A stretch of 64,000 nt of DNA, taken from the NCBI GenBank assembly GCA_913043205.1, contig CAJWLF010000013.1, forward strand, positions 4,787 to 68,786, written 5' to 3'. Source of the stretch: an uncultured Chloroflexota bacterium. Its GTDB lineage: Bacteria > Chloroflexota > UBA11872 > VXNJ01. A model generated the notes under the pieces. The model searched no databases and was not told the DNA's origin. It worked only from the letters and a program-made list of their open reading frames with translations. The position numbers were made by a program, and so were the translations under genes. Below are positions 1 to 10,393 of this stretch, piece by piece (positions within the stretch are counted from its first letter, which is position 1; every line of letters begins with the position of its first letter).

Positions 1-972
1 CAAATGGCCAAGCCATGGTAGCGATACCGTAAATTAATGCTATCCCTAATCCTGTATATCTCTCATATCCAAACAATAAGATTATTCGATACAACAAAGC
101 TGCAGTAAGAGCCGTGGCTATAACGCTTACAAGAGGAGACGGCATTCTAAGGAAGAATTCCTTGTTCTGCCTCTCTGACCACACCCGACCCGTCCCACCA
201 ACATCAACTAGTTTCTGGGATTGAAATTCAAGTAAAGCAAGAGAATCCACGAAGAATATTCCATCATCACCGACGTGTTGAAACTGGAGTTTGGATATAT
301 CAACAGGAGGCTCTAAAACAAAAGAAGTAAAGTAGAAATTAGCTCGTGTATTCCCTATATGCTTACCTACCACACGCCCACTTTGATGCTTAACAGTGGC
401 CCTAACATCGGCTCTATCAAACGCCCATTCGGCAGTTTCAATCCCGACTCTAATTGGATATCTAGTAATATCCCCAGCATCGTCTGTCACAATCATACGG
501 GCTACGGATAACCCCTGCGGTATATGGGCACTAAGGCCACTATGACTAATCATGTCGACCCTAGAAACTGCAGCCATCTCGGGTAGTTCAACGTCAATCA
601 ACTGAAGCTGGTTAGCATTTGCAGCCTGTCCCGGTCCAACCGAAGGAAAGGTGGAGACCGTATATTCATGTCCATCAACAAATATCGAATCTCTCTGTGG
701 AGCACTGTCAGCAAAGGGTTCGGCGATTAAAACAAAAGGTATCAGAGCGATTGGCAATCCTATACCCCAACGCGAAAAGTTCTTATTAAACTTGTTGAAA
801 TATTCGTGATCTGGATCTATCGCCAGACTCTTAGCCATCTCAAATGCAAAAGTACCGTCAGGACTGTATCCATAACCTGCCCGATTGACACCCATCCACA
901 TAGAATAAAACAGGGTCAGGAACACAAATATCAACAACGTAGTACGCCGTGACAATGCTAAAACAAATCTCA
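1..972 (-). CDS. Hypothetical integral membrane protein, partial; the 3' end runs off the window start. It has an N-terminal TM helix, an extracytoplasmic region of about 250 aa, then further TM helices.
   Basis: I translated the minus strand by hand from the ATG at 972: MRFVLALSRRTTLLIFVFLTLFYSMW ... LVSVIATALTAALLYRIILLFGYERYTGLGIALIYGIATMAWPF. There is no stop before position 1. The ORF track lists nothing over 1-981, consistent with an open frame that has no in-window stop. Its start lies 10 nt from the stop of the methyltransferase gene, which suggests one operon. Confidence 0.5.
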
Positions 973-981
973 TAAACCGTG

Positions 982-2193
982 TCATTCTAGCCAAATCCGA
1001 CTGATAGCCAATCCCAATGGACGAGAATCATGAATGCCAGCCGTAGGGACATATTCGTTAATAAACTTGACCTCTACTGAGTCAGTTGTATGACTAGGAA
1101 GCGAATGCGATACAGTGTTCCACGAAGCAGATTCAACATCAAAACGAGTATTAGTGTCTCCAGTTATTATTTCGCCTCGTACCCTACCATTCATACCCTC
1201 CCCACTATAGAACTTAACATTGAGAGTTGCATGGCCATCACACTTCAAAGTTGCAGAAGCATGACCGTTAGTCCATCTCACACACGGAGGCCAAACCTCT
1301 CGTAGATAAAATCCTGATGTCAATTGTGATTCCGGCGCATCGGACATATCTATCACGCTAGAATTGATGCGCGAGTAAGCGTAGCGATCAGCGAATATGT
1401 CATCCGGATAAGAATATCGAGGGTCTCCCGTCTTGCGCGCGCGCATATGTATAACATCCAGCACACCTCTCGCTACCGGAGCAGAATCCAATAACCTTCC
1501 TATAACTTTTAACCACCTAGAATAGTCGTAACCGGGATCGTATCGAGTTTGTATTTCTTCAACTTCATAACCGTTTACCTCGAATAGATTCTTCAGTTCA
1601 TAGGGGACAAACTCTCGATTATGCCTACTAGTCCAACTCCATCCGGAATATGGTGGGTAGAAATTTTTCCATTGAAGAATTTTTTTAAAATTTTCAAGGC
1701 GGAACGCATTCGGTGTACTAACTACAAAATGCCCCCCCGGCTTGAGAATTCGATTTACTTCATGCAAAGTGTGAACAGGATCCCATGCAAGATGCTCGAT
1801 AGTCTCGCAAAGCATCACAAGATCATATGTTTCATCTGGATATGGATAGTCGTCAAATTCCAAATTGAATTTCTCATAAGAAAAACGAATAGGATTAGGC
1901 ATATCTCTGTGCACAAGCTCAATCTCTCCGTCTATACCCCCACTAAAATCGCCTTCGTTAGCTACGTGAATACGGGAAGGGAGATATCTATGCAATAAAC
2001 CGGTCATCAAATAAGGCTGAGCTGCTAATTCAAGCGCAAGAGAGTCAGGCCCTAGGTCAGGTAACAATTCCATCGTAGTCAATATTCTGTCTACTGCTGT
2101 ATTCAGATAATATTGAAGACCTTCACCTTCAACATGCTCAAATCCCACTAGGAACTGTCTAGCCGTATCCGGATTAGGTAAACGATTTTTCAC
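982..2193 (-). CDS. Class I SAM-dependent methyltransferase with a C-terminal Wzt_C-like beta-sandwich domain. It is a candidate glycan chain-terminating or modifying methyltransferase.
   Basis: Methyltransferase motifs DLVMLCETIEHL and LKPGGHFVVSTPN are present. The C-terminal 120 aa (GFYLREVWPPCVRWTNGHASATL ... DSRPLGLAISRIWLE) parallel the Wzt C-terminus in the same cluster. Its start overlaps the GT4 stop by 4 nt. Confidence 0.8.
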   Translation of the reverse strand: MKNRLPNPDTARQFLVGFEHVEGEGLQYYLNTAVDRILTTMELLPDLGPDSLALELAAQPYLMTGLLHRYLPSRIHVANEGDFSGGIDGEIELVHRDMPNPIRFSYEKFNLEFDDYPYPDETYDLVMLCETIEHLAWDPVHTLHEVNRILKPGGHFVVSTPNAFRLENFKKILQWKNFYPPYSGWSWTSRHNREFVPYELKNLFEVNGYEVEEIQTRYDPGYDYSRWLKVIGRLLDSAPVARGVLDVIHMRARKTGDPRYSYPDDIFADRYAYSRINSSVIDMSDAPESQLTSGFYLREVWPPCVRWTNGHASATLKCDGHATLNVKFYSGEGMNGRVRGEIITGDTNTRFDVESASWNTVSHSLPSHTTDSVEVKFINEYVPTAGIHDSRPLGLAISRIWLE

Positions 2194-3794
2194 TGCGACT
2201 CCCTCATCCGAAACACCAAATCTAGCAAGCGTTCTCGAAATGTAGACTCGCTGAATCGTTTCGATGATTGGATCGCAGCTGTCCTTAGCCGCCCAGAAAG
2301 TTTCTGATCACCAATTATCTGCAACGTTCTGTGTTTTAATTCCTTTGCGTTTTTCCAGAGAAATCCATTTGTACCATCTGTAACGAGTTCTGGCTGTCCA
2401 CCTTTTCCTATCACCACCGGAATACACCCTGAAGCCATTGCTTCCACCGTAGTAATACCAAAATGTTCAAACATGACGGGATTCTTATTCACATTTGATC
2501 CGTAACCACTAGCATGCCAGTAGATAGTCGCTTGGCTATAAAGATTCCGTAACGCCTCAAAAGATATATCAGGGTGAAGTACAACCGGCAAACCGTCGGC
2601 CATCCGCTCTAATTCACCAAAATAACGAACGTCAACTGCTCTCGAACCTTTTCCGCCCGCCAGATGTAATTCCCATCCCTCAAGCCCATCGTCAATCATT
2701 GATCGAAAAGCGTTGATGAGGACATCATGGCGTTTGGAATGTCCACCTGCTCCAAAAAACCTCCCAACGCTCAGGATAATATTCTGCTTGTCGCCACAAA
2801 AATAATTTTGAGTCGAGACAGGTGGGTAAAGAATTGGCCCATCACGCTCCCAATAGTGTTGCATCCACCCAAGTGAGAATTCTGATATGGGCGAAATCAG
2901 ATCATAACTGTCAAGAAACTCTAGAGACCCATAACTCCTTACTCCTTCCAAACGAAGGCCTAGAGACATTGCCATCCGACGAAACACCATCTGATACAAA
3001 CGATGCCGCCAGTGCACAATAAATGCGTCAGTGACAGCAACACCAATTTCCCGATTGTCATCAGAACCCATGTCTGCCGGGTTGTAAGTGTCGCATCGGA
3101 TTTCCACATCGAGTTCAGGCCCTGTAGACAACCTAGCGGGAACATCCAATCGCCAAGAAATATATTCACCATCATTCGAATCTATTGTTGTGCGAGCCAC
3201 CTCTTCTCCATGAACACTAGCTTGGATGTTTACTGAACCAAGACCTACTGGACGGAAATTACCCAAAACAATCTCTATATTGATATCGTTCCCAATTAAG
3301 GGGTTTCGCAAACGAAGAACAGATTGATCCGAGCTATATCGAAACCATCCATGCCCAAGCTCCTGAACATCATAAAAACCATCATGGAAATCAGGTACTA
3401 ACAGACATCGAATGATCAACGCCCCTAACAATCTTCGTAATCGCGCCCATAATCCACTTTCTATTGGTGACGGAAATAGCACTAGCAGCAAACTATGTTT
3501 TGCTCCAGAAGGTTGCCCTGTCATAAAAGAGGAATTGATAAACAAGTCATACCGGGACGTGAACTTCTGGAATTTCATAGGGGGCATAGCTGGTACTACC
3601 CGCAAAGATACGTTTGACAAATCGATATTGAATCTTCGTCCTAAATCATCAAGATTTAGACCCTTGTGCGATACCAACTCGACCTCATGATCGTGGGACA
3701 TTACTGATGCGGCCATGCACGAATGCCTTTCCCCTCCTCCCATAGTGTGTAACCATCGGTTATATATTCCAACCTTCATCGATCTACTATCCAT
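2190..3794 (-). CDS. Glycosyltransferase family 4 (GT-B fold) with an inserted Wzt_C-like domain at about aa 135-262
   Basis: The C-terminal GT4 signature is FEHFGITTVEAMASGCIPVV ... GGQPELVTDGTNGFL (EX7E region). The inserted segment GFYDVQELGHGWFRYSS ... DDNREIGVAVTDAFIV matches the shared domain. Confidence 0.85.
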   Translation of the reverse strand: MDSRSMKVGIYNRWLHTMGGGERHSCMAASVMSHDHEVELVSHKGLNLDDLGRRFNIDLSNVSLRVVPAMPPMKFQKFTSRYDLFINSSFMTGQPSGAKHSLLLVLFPSPIESGLWARLRRLLGALIIRCLLVPDFHDGFYDVQELGHGWFRYSSDQSVLRLRNPLIGNDINIEIVLGNFRPVGLGSVNIQASVHGEEVARTTIDSNDGEYISWRLDVPARLSTGPELDVEIRCDTYNPADMGSDDNREIGVAVTDAFIVHWRHRLYQMVFRRMAMSLGLRLEGVRSYGSLEFLDSYDLISPISEFSLGWMQHYWERDGPILYPPVSTQNYFCGDKQNIILSVGRFFGAGGHSKRHDVLINAFRSMIDDGLEGWELHLAGGKGSRAVDVRYFGELERMADGLPVVLHPDISFEALRNLYSQATIYWHASGYGSNVNKNPVMFEHFGITTVEAMASGCIPVVIGKGGQPELVTDGTNGFLWKNAKELKHRTLQIIGDQKLSGRLRTAAIQSSKRFSESTFRERLLDLVFRMRESQ

Positions 3795-5170
3795 CGACTT
3801 ATTGCCTCAGTAAAGGTCAATTGCTGCCTTTTCCTTCGGAAGATCTCTGCCGACACTATGTCTACAGGTAAATTCAACATCACTTTCATCCGTGCAAACA
3901 GCATCGCCCATTCCAAAGGTATACGGAAAGGATTTCGCATTAATTGCTTCAACATAACTGTGCTTGAACCGATAAGTTCCCCAACAAAATACAAGACAGC
4001 ATTGATCCCTTCCTTGCGAGGCCAGTGCTTCCAGATGATATATATCCTGCTGCGCGTCACGTTGTAAGTAAAACCTGGGGACCACTCCTTTGATAGACCT
4101 GCATGATGATGCCTTATGATTGAATTTGGCTCATATTCAATTCTCCATCCGTTACGCCGCATTCGAACTGACAGATCAGTGTCTTCATAGTACATAAATA
4201 TACGTTCATCAAACATGCCAATTTTATGCATTGTGGACAACCTTAAAAGGACCCCAGCACCACAAAAAGCAAATACTTCACAACTAACGTTGTATCTAGT
4301 TCCAATCCAATCATAAAAATGATTGTTCCCAAAGCGCCGAGTGCCTCGATCTCGCGAACTACCGTCCGGTAACAACTCGCTTCCTGCATTCTGAATCAGT
4401 TCACTAGCCATTCTCGATCTGACTTCAAACTCACACAACTCCGCCTTTTTACCTAACGGACCGTAAGCCGCAGTATTGCCATCAACGAGTACTCTGTAGG
4501 AGACTACATCGTTATTAGGTCGAGGGGCCGAGATACGCAAAGCGACGTGATCCAATTCAGTCCGCAAAGGAATAGCTAATTCAGCCTCACCGTTCGTCCA
4601 TCTGAACAATTTACCTTCATCGTCTATTTCCACTGGCCCCACACCGGAACGATATTCTACTTTTGCACTACCTTGAACTTCGTAAAGACGAACACCAAGC
4701 GAACGATTGTCTTCATTTACACCTAACGCTGATGGACAAAATACATCAGAAGAAATAGTTACAGGAACTCGAGGTGTATCAAGTATTAGTTTTGATGTAA
4801 CAGCACCCAATGTGGCGTCTCCTTGTAATCGTTCCACCAATGGATTTAGCCAGTTAGGGTCGACCACAGTATCAGGGTTTACTAGTGCTATAAATGGTCC
4901 AGGTGCACGCCGCATAGCCAAGTTATTACCGTGTGAAAACCCTACGTTAGATCCCGCTTCAATTACATCTACAGACGGGAACATTTTTCGAATGAGATCT
5001 ACTGATCCGTCAGTAGACGCATTATCGACAACAACAACTTCAAACAAATGGCGTGGGTAATTCGAGGCAACTAATGCACTTAAGCAAGATGGTAAAAAAT
5101 CTATGCCGTTGTAATTCAACACAATTACAGTAACGAATGAATGCTGTTTTCGTGCATCGGCTAGCATCAC
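3776..5170 (-). CDS. Glycosyltransferase family 2 (GT-A fold) carrying an internal Wzt_C-like domain
   Basis: The N-terminus reads VTVIVLNYNG ... VVVVDNASTDGS ... the DxD region and YYEDTDLSVRMRRNGWRI. The internal segment LGVRLYEVQG ... GKLFRWTNGEAELAIPL ... YRVLVDGNTAAYGPL matches the shared domain. Confidence 0.85.
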   Translation of the reverse strand: MMLADARKQHSFVTVIVLNYNGIDFLPSCLSALVASNYPRHLFEVVVVDNASTDGSVDLIRKMFPSVDVIEAGSNVGFSHGNNLAMRRAPGPFIALVNPDTVVDPNWLNPLVERLQGDATLGAVTSKLILDTPRVPVTISSDVFCPSALGVNEDNRSLGVRLYEVQGSAKVEYRSGVGPVEIDDEGKLFRWTNGEAELAIPLRTELDHVALRISAPRPNNDVVSYRVLVDGNTAAYGPLGKKAELCEFEVRSRMASELIQNAGSELLPDGSSRDRGTRRFGNNHFYDWIGTRYNVSCEVFAFCGAGVLLRLSTMHKIGMFDERIFMYYEDTDLSVRMRRNGWRIEYEPNSIIRHHHAGLSKEWSPGFTYNVTRSRIYIIWKHWPRKEGINAVLYFVGELIGSSTVMLKQLMRNPFRIPLEWAMLFARMKVMLNLPVDIVSAEIFRRKRQQLTFTEAISRWIVDR

Positions 5171-5173
5171 GAA

Positions 5174-6873
5174 TTATTCGACACGAATTTCTCGGATGGC
5201 TATCCCAAGTTCTCGGGTATCGGGATCTATACCCATATTATCAGGCACAAAGGTCTTATCTATTTCAATTACAACTTCAAGGCGAGTAGGTTGATTCACA
5301 GGAGTGAGAGGAATTGCAAGGTCCTCAAAATCCATCCCACTCAAGCGAAACCGCGTAATCTCTTGACCATTCAACAACACCCTACCATCGGCACTAGCTT
5401 CCCGATGCAGTGGTCGACAAGCACGAATGACCAGTGTCCCTTTACCAACATCCTGAGTTATCACAGCGCACGCGCTACTTCCCATCCAACGTACTTCAGG
5501 AGGCCAATTTTCTACGGGATACCAACCACTTCCTAAGTATTCATCTTCACCATTGCCCATCTGTAAACATTCTGGAGCATGAGACCATGCAAGAGAATAT
5601 GGCAACGTAGTCATATCAGGCTGCGGGATACGCACCAAGTTGGTCCCAGCAAACGAATCGTTCTCCTCTTTTTTTATACCCCAGCGAGAATGCATAAAAA
5701 TTGCCCCGCGATTGCGGTTTTCTGATCTTCCCATATAGAGGGTTAGAACTTGCCTTAGGACATGTAAGGGCTTTTCTTCATTTCCAATTTGCCAAACCCC
5801 AACAGAAACCTTGTAGACACCCGGCCCCATATGCAACGAGCCCAATGATAATTCCACTTGACCAGAACCTAAGTCCAATCGACATTCAGAACACTCATCT
5901 ATAGATGAACTCTCAAACACGTGAAGCCCATCACTGCGAGATACAGAACACCCAAACACCACATCCTCGATCACTGATGTACAAGAGTAGCTCATACGAA
6001 TACGAATAGACGCCCCAGGTAAAACTGTGTGAGTGTTGTTGCCAGACTCATCGATGCACATAACTTCTGACAGTACTACACCTTCTTCCCCGCCTTCGTC
6101 ACCGGCTGTCTGCTTATACTCCTCACCAGACGTCGGACCGCCAACATGTTGCAAATATGATTGAATTACATCTCGGGCCAAACCACACTGCACCACTCGT
6201 CCCTCCTCAATCCACAGAACCCGATCACAAAACCTTCGAACCAAAATTGGATCGTGAGATACAAACAACATCGTTCGACCATCACGCTTAGCCACTGCCA
6301 AAGCGTCGTAACATTTCCGGGCAAAGGCCGCATCACCCACAGCCAAGACCTCATCTATAAGCAATACATCGGGACGCACGGCGATCGCTATTGAAAACCC
6401 TAGCCGCATATACATGCCGGATGAATAATGCTTGATTGGTGTATCGATAAATTGTTCCAACTCAGCAAATGTCACTATGCTGTCATAAAGAGATTCCATT
6501 TGCTGCCGGTCAATTCCCAAAAACGCCCCATTTAAAAAGATATTCTCGCGGCCACTTAAATCGGGGTGAAAGCCCGCCCCTAGTTCCAATAAACCAAAGA
6601 CCCGTCCTTCGACATCCACCCTACCCAGGTCGGGCTTCAAAGTACCGCTAAGCAGTTTGAGAATCGTACTTTTACCAGAACCATTGCGTCCGATGATGCC
6701 AAGGGTTTCACCAGCTTCTACCTCAAACGTTACTTCTTTCAGCGCCCAGAATTGCTCTACATCATCCGTGTTACGCCCTACAGCTTTGGTGACAAGATCA
6801 AAAAAGCTTTGATCACGCGAATGTCGCAATTCAAACTTTTTTGATACCTCATTGAATTGCACAGCTTTTGTCA
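5174..6873 (-). CDS. wzt: O-antigen/polysaccharide ABC exporter ATP-binding protein (Wzt/TagH type) with a C-terminal carbohydrate-binding domain
   Basis: The Walker A motif is GIIGRNGSGKST, the ABC signature LSGGMYMRLGFSIA, and the Walker B motif LLIDEVLAVGD. The C-terminal region (about 470-603) reads GWYPVENWPPEVRWMG ... DPDTRELGIAIREIRVE. The track ORF extends to 6985, but the likely true start is the ATG at 6873, directly abutting the wzm stop (ATG of MTKAVQFNEVSKKFEL). Confidence 0.85.
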
Positions 6874-7758
6874 TTAAACAAGCTCCGCAAATCGATGAGC
6901 AAATCGTCGCAGCATCCACCACCCCAGAACGAGAGCAAAAACAGAAATTAATACGGTAATAGCCGTGTGACGAATTGGAAGCCAACCATACAGCATCGTG
7001 TAGCGATAATCAGAAATCAAAGTCGCCATAGGATTAAGAGTAAATACCCAACGGTGGATATCCAATCCTAGGAAACGCGTGTTTGGAACGACGGACAATG
7101 CATAAAAAATAGGCGTTAAGAAAAACCAAGCTAGCATACCTATATCAACCACCTGTTCAAGATCACGCAAGAAGACATTCACAGCTGCCATCACCATGGC
7201 TAGGCCCGTCACAAACATCAGATGTAAACACATAATCAAGGGGACAAACCAAATTGTTGCTGACACGTTTCCACGGAAAACAAAGAGCGCCAACACAAAC
7301 AGTGAAAAAGCAATGACGAAGTGAATGAACGAAGATAAGACTGCCGACAGCGGTAATAATTCTCTAGGAAAATAAACCTTGTTTATCAAATTAGGGTTAC
7401 CAGTGATGCTCCTCATTGCCGAAACAAGCGCGTTTTGAGTAAAAGTCCACGGGATAAGTCCTGCCAAAAGAAAAAGTGGATAGTCCGGAATGTCCGTACT
7501 GGTGAGAACATTGAATACCACAGTAAACACGAGCATCATCAATATCGGACTTAACATGGACCAGCCGAAGCCAAGAACAGAACCTCGATATCTAACCTTT
7601 AAATCGCGCGCCACCATGGTACGCAACAGCCCTGAATAAGATACGATCTCATGCACTGGATGCCATATCGAACCAAATAGCAACTTGTTACATTTGTTTA
7701 AACTTTTCATAAATCCTAATATCACAACAAACTTAAGCAATTTAAACGGATGCAGCAT
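6874..7758 (-). CDS. wzm: ABC-2 family polysaccharide exporter permease (Wzm/TagG type)
   Basis: The protein is multi-TM and contains LKVRYRGSVLGFGWSMLSPILMMLVFTVVFN, typical of the ABC-2 family. It sits immediately upstream of wzt. The start may be an internal Met (MKSLNK...). Confidence 0.8.
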   Translation of the reverse strand: MLHPFKLLKFVVILGFMKSLNKCNKLLFGSIWHPVHEIVSYSGLLRTMVARDLKVRYRGSVLGFGWSMLSPILMMLVFTVVFNVLTSTDIPDYPLFLLAGLIPWTFTQNALVSAMRSITGNPNLINKVYFPRELLPLSAVLSSFIHFVIAFSLFVLALFVFRGNVSATIWFVPLIMCLHLMFVTGLAMVMAAVNVFLRDLEQVVDIGMLAWFFLTPIFYALSVVPNTRFLGLDIHRWVFTLNPMATLISDYRYTMLYGWLPIRHTAITVLISVFALVLGWWMLRRFAHRFAELV

Positions 7759-7825
7759 TAGCCCCTCCGCTATGCTACAGTTTAAGCGTTATCAGTTAAT
7801 TGAATCTCCTTAGCATAGGATTTGG

Positions 7826-8500
7826 ATGGAGATAGCTTGGTTCGGAAGCTATTGCTTCCGTATACGCAACCGAAACTCAATAGCTCTCGTAGACCCTTAC
7901 CTTCCCGACCCCAAATATCAAAACCTCCAAATTAAGGCTGATGTTATTTCTATCAGTCAGATTGGTCGAAAGATTCGGAAAGTAGTGCCGAATCAGCGCG
8001 AGGCGGTATACCGTGTCGAGCGCCCAGGAGAATACGAAATAGGTGGTATCTTTATAGACGCCATCCCGGTAACCATCACGTCTGAAGAGCAAGGTTCTGA
8101 AAATCTTCATCCAATCGCGGTTACTCTAACACTAGACGACCTTACTGTATGTCATTTAGGGCAATTAGATAATGTGCCAAGCTCTTCCATAATTGAGCAA
8201 CTCGGCTCCCCAGACATTCTGATTTTACCAGCAGGAGGAACCGAAAACCTGACTTGCGAACAATCTGTCAAATTGGTCAAATCATTGTCTCCCGCATACG
8301 TGATACCTATAAGTCATCCAGATCCTGACAGTCTGGCAACCAGTTCTATTGATAAATTCATCAAAGAATTAGGCGTTGAAAAACCAGAAATTGCAAATAA
8401 TTTAAATATTTCACGCGGAGGCATAACTCATGATGTTACATCTGTGGTTTTATTACAGTCCCGTACCAGAGAAAAACGACCACCTGGGGAAAACGCGTAA
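7826..8500 (+). CDS. MBL-fold (Lactamase_B_3-like) protein that appears to lack the HxHxDH metal-binding motif
   Basis: The N-terminus MEIAWFGSYCFRIRNRNSIALVDPYL follows the pattern of UPF0173/MBL-fold hydrolases (MKITWLGHSAFLIE..ILIDP). The position that normally holds HxHxDH instead reads ADVISISQIG. Confidence 0.5.
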   Translation: MEIAWFGSYCFRIRNRNSIALVDPYLPDPKYQNLQIKADVISISQIGRKIRKVVPNQREAVYRVERPGEYEIGGIFIDAIPVTITSEEQGSENLHPIAVTLTLDDLTVCHLGQLDNVPSSSIIEQLGSPDILILPAGGTENLTCEQSVKLVKSLSPAYVIPISHPDPDSLATSSIDKFIKELGVEKPEIANNLNISRGGITHDVTSVVLLQSRTREKRPPGENA

Positions 8501-8585
8501 TGCTGATCAATCGAATCTTGCGCCAATTTAAAACGTATAAAATTGCAAATATGACTTTATTAGTGAGTGTCAGGCGCGTACAAAT

Positions 8586-10238
8586 ATGAAGCCACGCTAT
8601 ATTTTTGTCACTGGCGGAGTAATGTCCGGCGTAGGTAAAGGAGTAACCTGTGCATCCATTGGGCGTCTTCTAAAAAGTCAGAGTCTCCGAGTGTCTCATG
8701 TAAAACTTGACCCTTACATCAATGTTGACCCAGGAACTATGAACCCTGCACAACACGGAGAAGTGTTCGTGACTGCCGATGGGGCGGAAACAGATCTGGA
8801 TCTTGGACATTATGAACGATTCACTGATGAGAATCTAACTCAACTCAGCAACCTCACTAGTGGGCAAGTATACGAGGACGTTATCCGTAGAGAGCGACGA
8901 GGTGATTACTTAGGGGGAACAATTCAAGTAATTCCTCACGTAACAGACGTGATCAAAACGCGAATAATAGAAGCAGGCGAAACTAGCAGAGCAAACGTGG
9001 TAGTAGTAGAGGTAGGGGGCACTGTTGGTGACATGGAAGGGTTGCCTTTTTTTGAAGCCCTGCGCCAGCTAAGACGGGAGCTAGGTCCAGAGAATGTCAT
9101 GTATGTACACGTCACCTTTCTTCCCCATATAGGACCTACTGGAGAGCTAAAGACAAAGCCAACTCAGCATAGCGTTTCTATGCTCCGCAGTATTGGAATC
9201 ATGCCCGATGTAATTGCATGTCGAAGTGACCTCCCATTTGAACAAGACACCAGAGAAAAAATTGCCTTGTTCTGCGATGTGGATAATGAGGCCGTTATTT
9301 CACTGACATCCGTAGACAACATTTATTCAGTGCCGTTAATTCTGCAGGACGAGGGAATGGGTACTTTGATAGCAGAAAAGCTAGGATTGGATGCAGTACC
9401 TGCGGATCTCACAGATTGGCAGGCAATGGTGGAGCGTATGTCTACATCGGATAACCCTGTGGAGATCGCTGTCGTTGGCAAATATGTTGGGGCTACAGAT
9501 GCCTATATCAGTGTAGAACAAGCCTTGCACCATGGGGCACTAGCCCATGGCAGACAAATAAAAATCCGCTGGATAGATTCTGAGCACATTGCAGAAGGTG
9601 GACCAACCAGCATTTTAGATGGTATAGATGGAATCGTCGTACCTGGTGGGTTTGGAGACCGAGGAATTGAGGGCAAAATTGCAGCTGCTCATCATGCCCG
9701 CAATGCAGGAATCCCCTATCTTGGATTATGTTTAGGTATGCAAGTCGCAGTAATTGAATATGCTCGGAATGTACTAGGCCTAGCCGATGCAAATAGCATT
9801 GAATTCGATCCACATACAACTAATCCTGTGATTTCACCTATGGATGATCACTACGGTAGAACTATAGATATGGGGGGCACTATGCGACTAGGATCACACC
9901 GATGTGCAATTGGTCAGGGTACAGTAGCATCAAAGGCCTACGGCACCACAACCACAACACAAGAAAGACACAGGCACCGTATGGAATTTAACAACGACTA
10001 TCTGGAAACCATGGAAAGCCATGGTTTCATCGCTAGTGGCATTAATCCAGATCGTAATTTGGTAGAAATTATCGAGATTACTGACCACCCTTGGTTTGTA
10101 GGAGTCCAGTTCCATCCGGAATTCCAATCACGTCCTAACAATCCCCATCCCTTATTCTCATCATTTATCAAAGCCAGTTGTAAACCCCAAAAAGCATTGA
10201 CGGACAACCCAATTATTCAGCAAACTAGCTTCTCGTAA
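8586..10238 (+). CDS. pyrG: CTP synthase
   Basis: The N-terminus is [30 protein letters not shown]. The glutamine amidotransferase domain contains GLCLGMQ. Length is 550 aa. Confidence 0.95.
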   Translation: MKPRYIFVTGGVMSGVGKGVTCASIGRLLKSQSLRVSHVKLDPYINVDPGTMNPAQHGEVFVTADGAETDLDLGHYERFTDENLTQLSNLTSGQVYEDVIRRERRGDYLGGTIQVIPHVTDVIKTRIIEAGETSRANVVVVEVGGTVGDMEGLPFFEALRQLRRELGPENVMYVHVTFLPHIGPTGELKTKPTQHSVSMLRSIGIMPDVIACRSDLPFEQDTREKIALFCDVDNEAVISLTSVDNIYSVPLILQDEGMGTLIAEKLGLDAVPADLTDWQAMVERMSTSDNPVEIAVVGKYVGATDAYISVEQALHHGALAHGRQIKIRWIDSEHIAEGGPTSILDGIDGIVVPGGFGDRGIEGKIAAAHHARNAGIPYLGLCLGMQVAVIEYARNVLGLADANSIEFDPHTTNPVISPMDDHYGRTIDMGGTMRLGSHRCAIGQGTVASKAYGTTTTTQERHRHRMEFNNDYLETMESHGFIASGINPDRNLVEIIEITDHPWFVGVQFHPEFQSRPNNPHPLFSSFIKASCKPQKALTDNPIIQQTSFS

Positions 10239-10393
10239 TTCTGTTGTTTGCTGTACCGACAAACAATACAAATCATGGAAGAGACTGAACCACGGATACT
10301 TCGAGTTTCTACTATTAGTAGAAATAGAAAGGCACTAACTTTCTTTAATACGTTCTGTTTTGGAGCAATTATGTCAATAAATGGATTCCAATT

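Noticed and set aside
9508-10207. Antisense and overlapping ORFs in the track of 60-130 aa inside pyrG. Similar ORFs lie inside carB, the chaperonin genes and other long genes.
   Set aside because: They are nested within strongly supported long genes on the opposite strand or in another frame, and they have no motifs. They are typical spurious ORFs.
10290-10330. Possible purine riboswitch in the purA leader (GAGTTTCTAC resembles the J2/3 segment, with a nearby 7-bp hairpin)
   Set aside because: P1, the P2 GGAUAUGG loop and the P3 architecture are not recoverable, so only one short segment matches.
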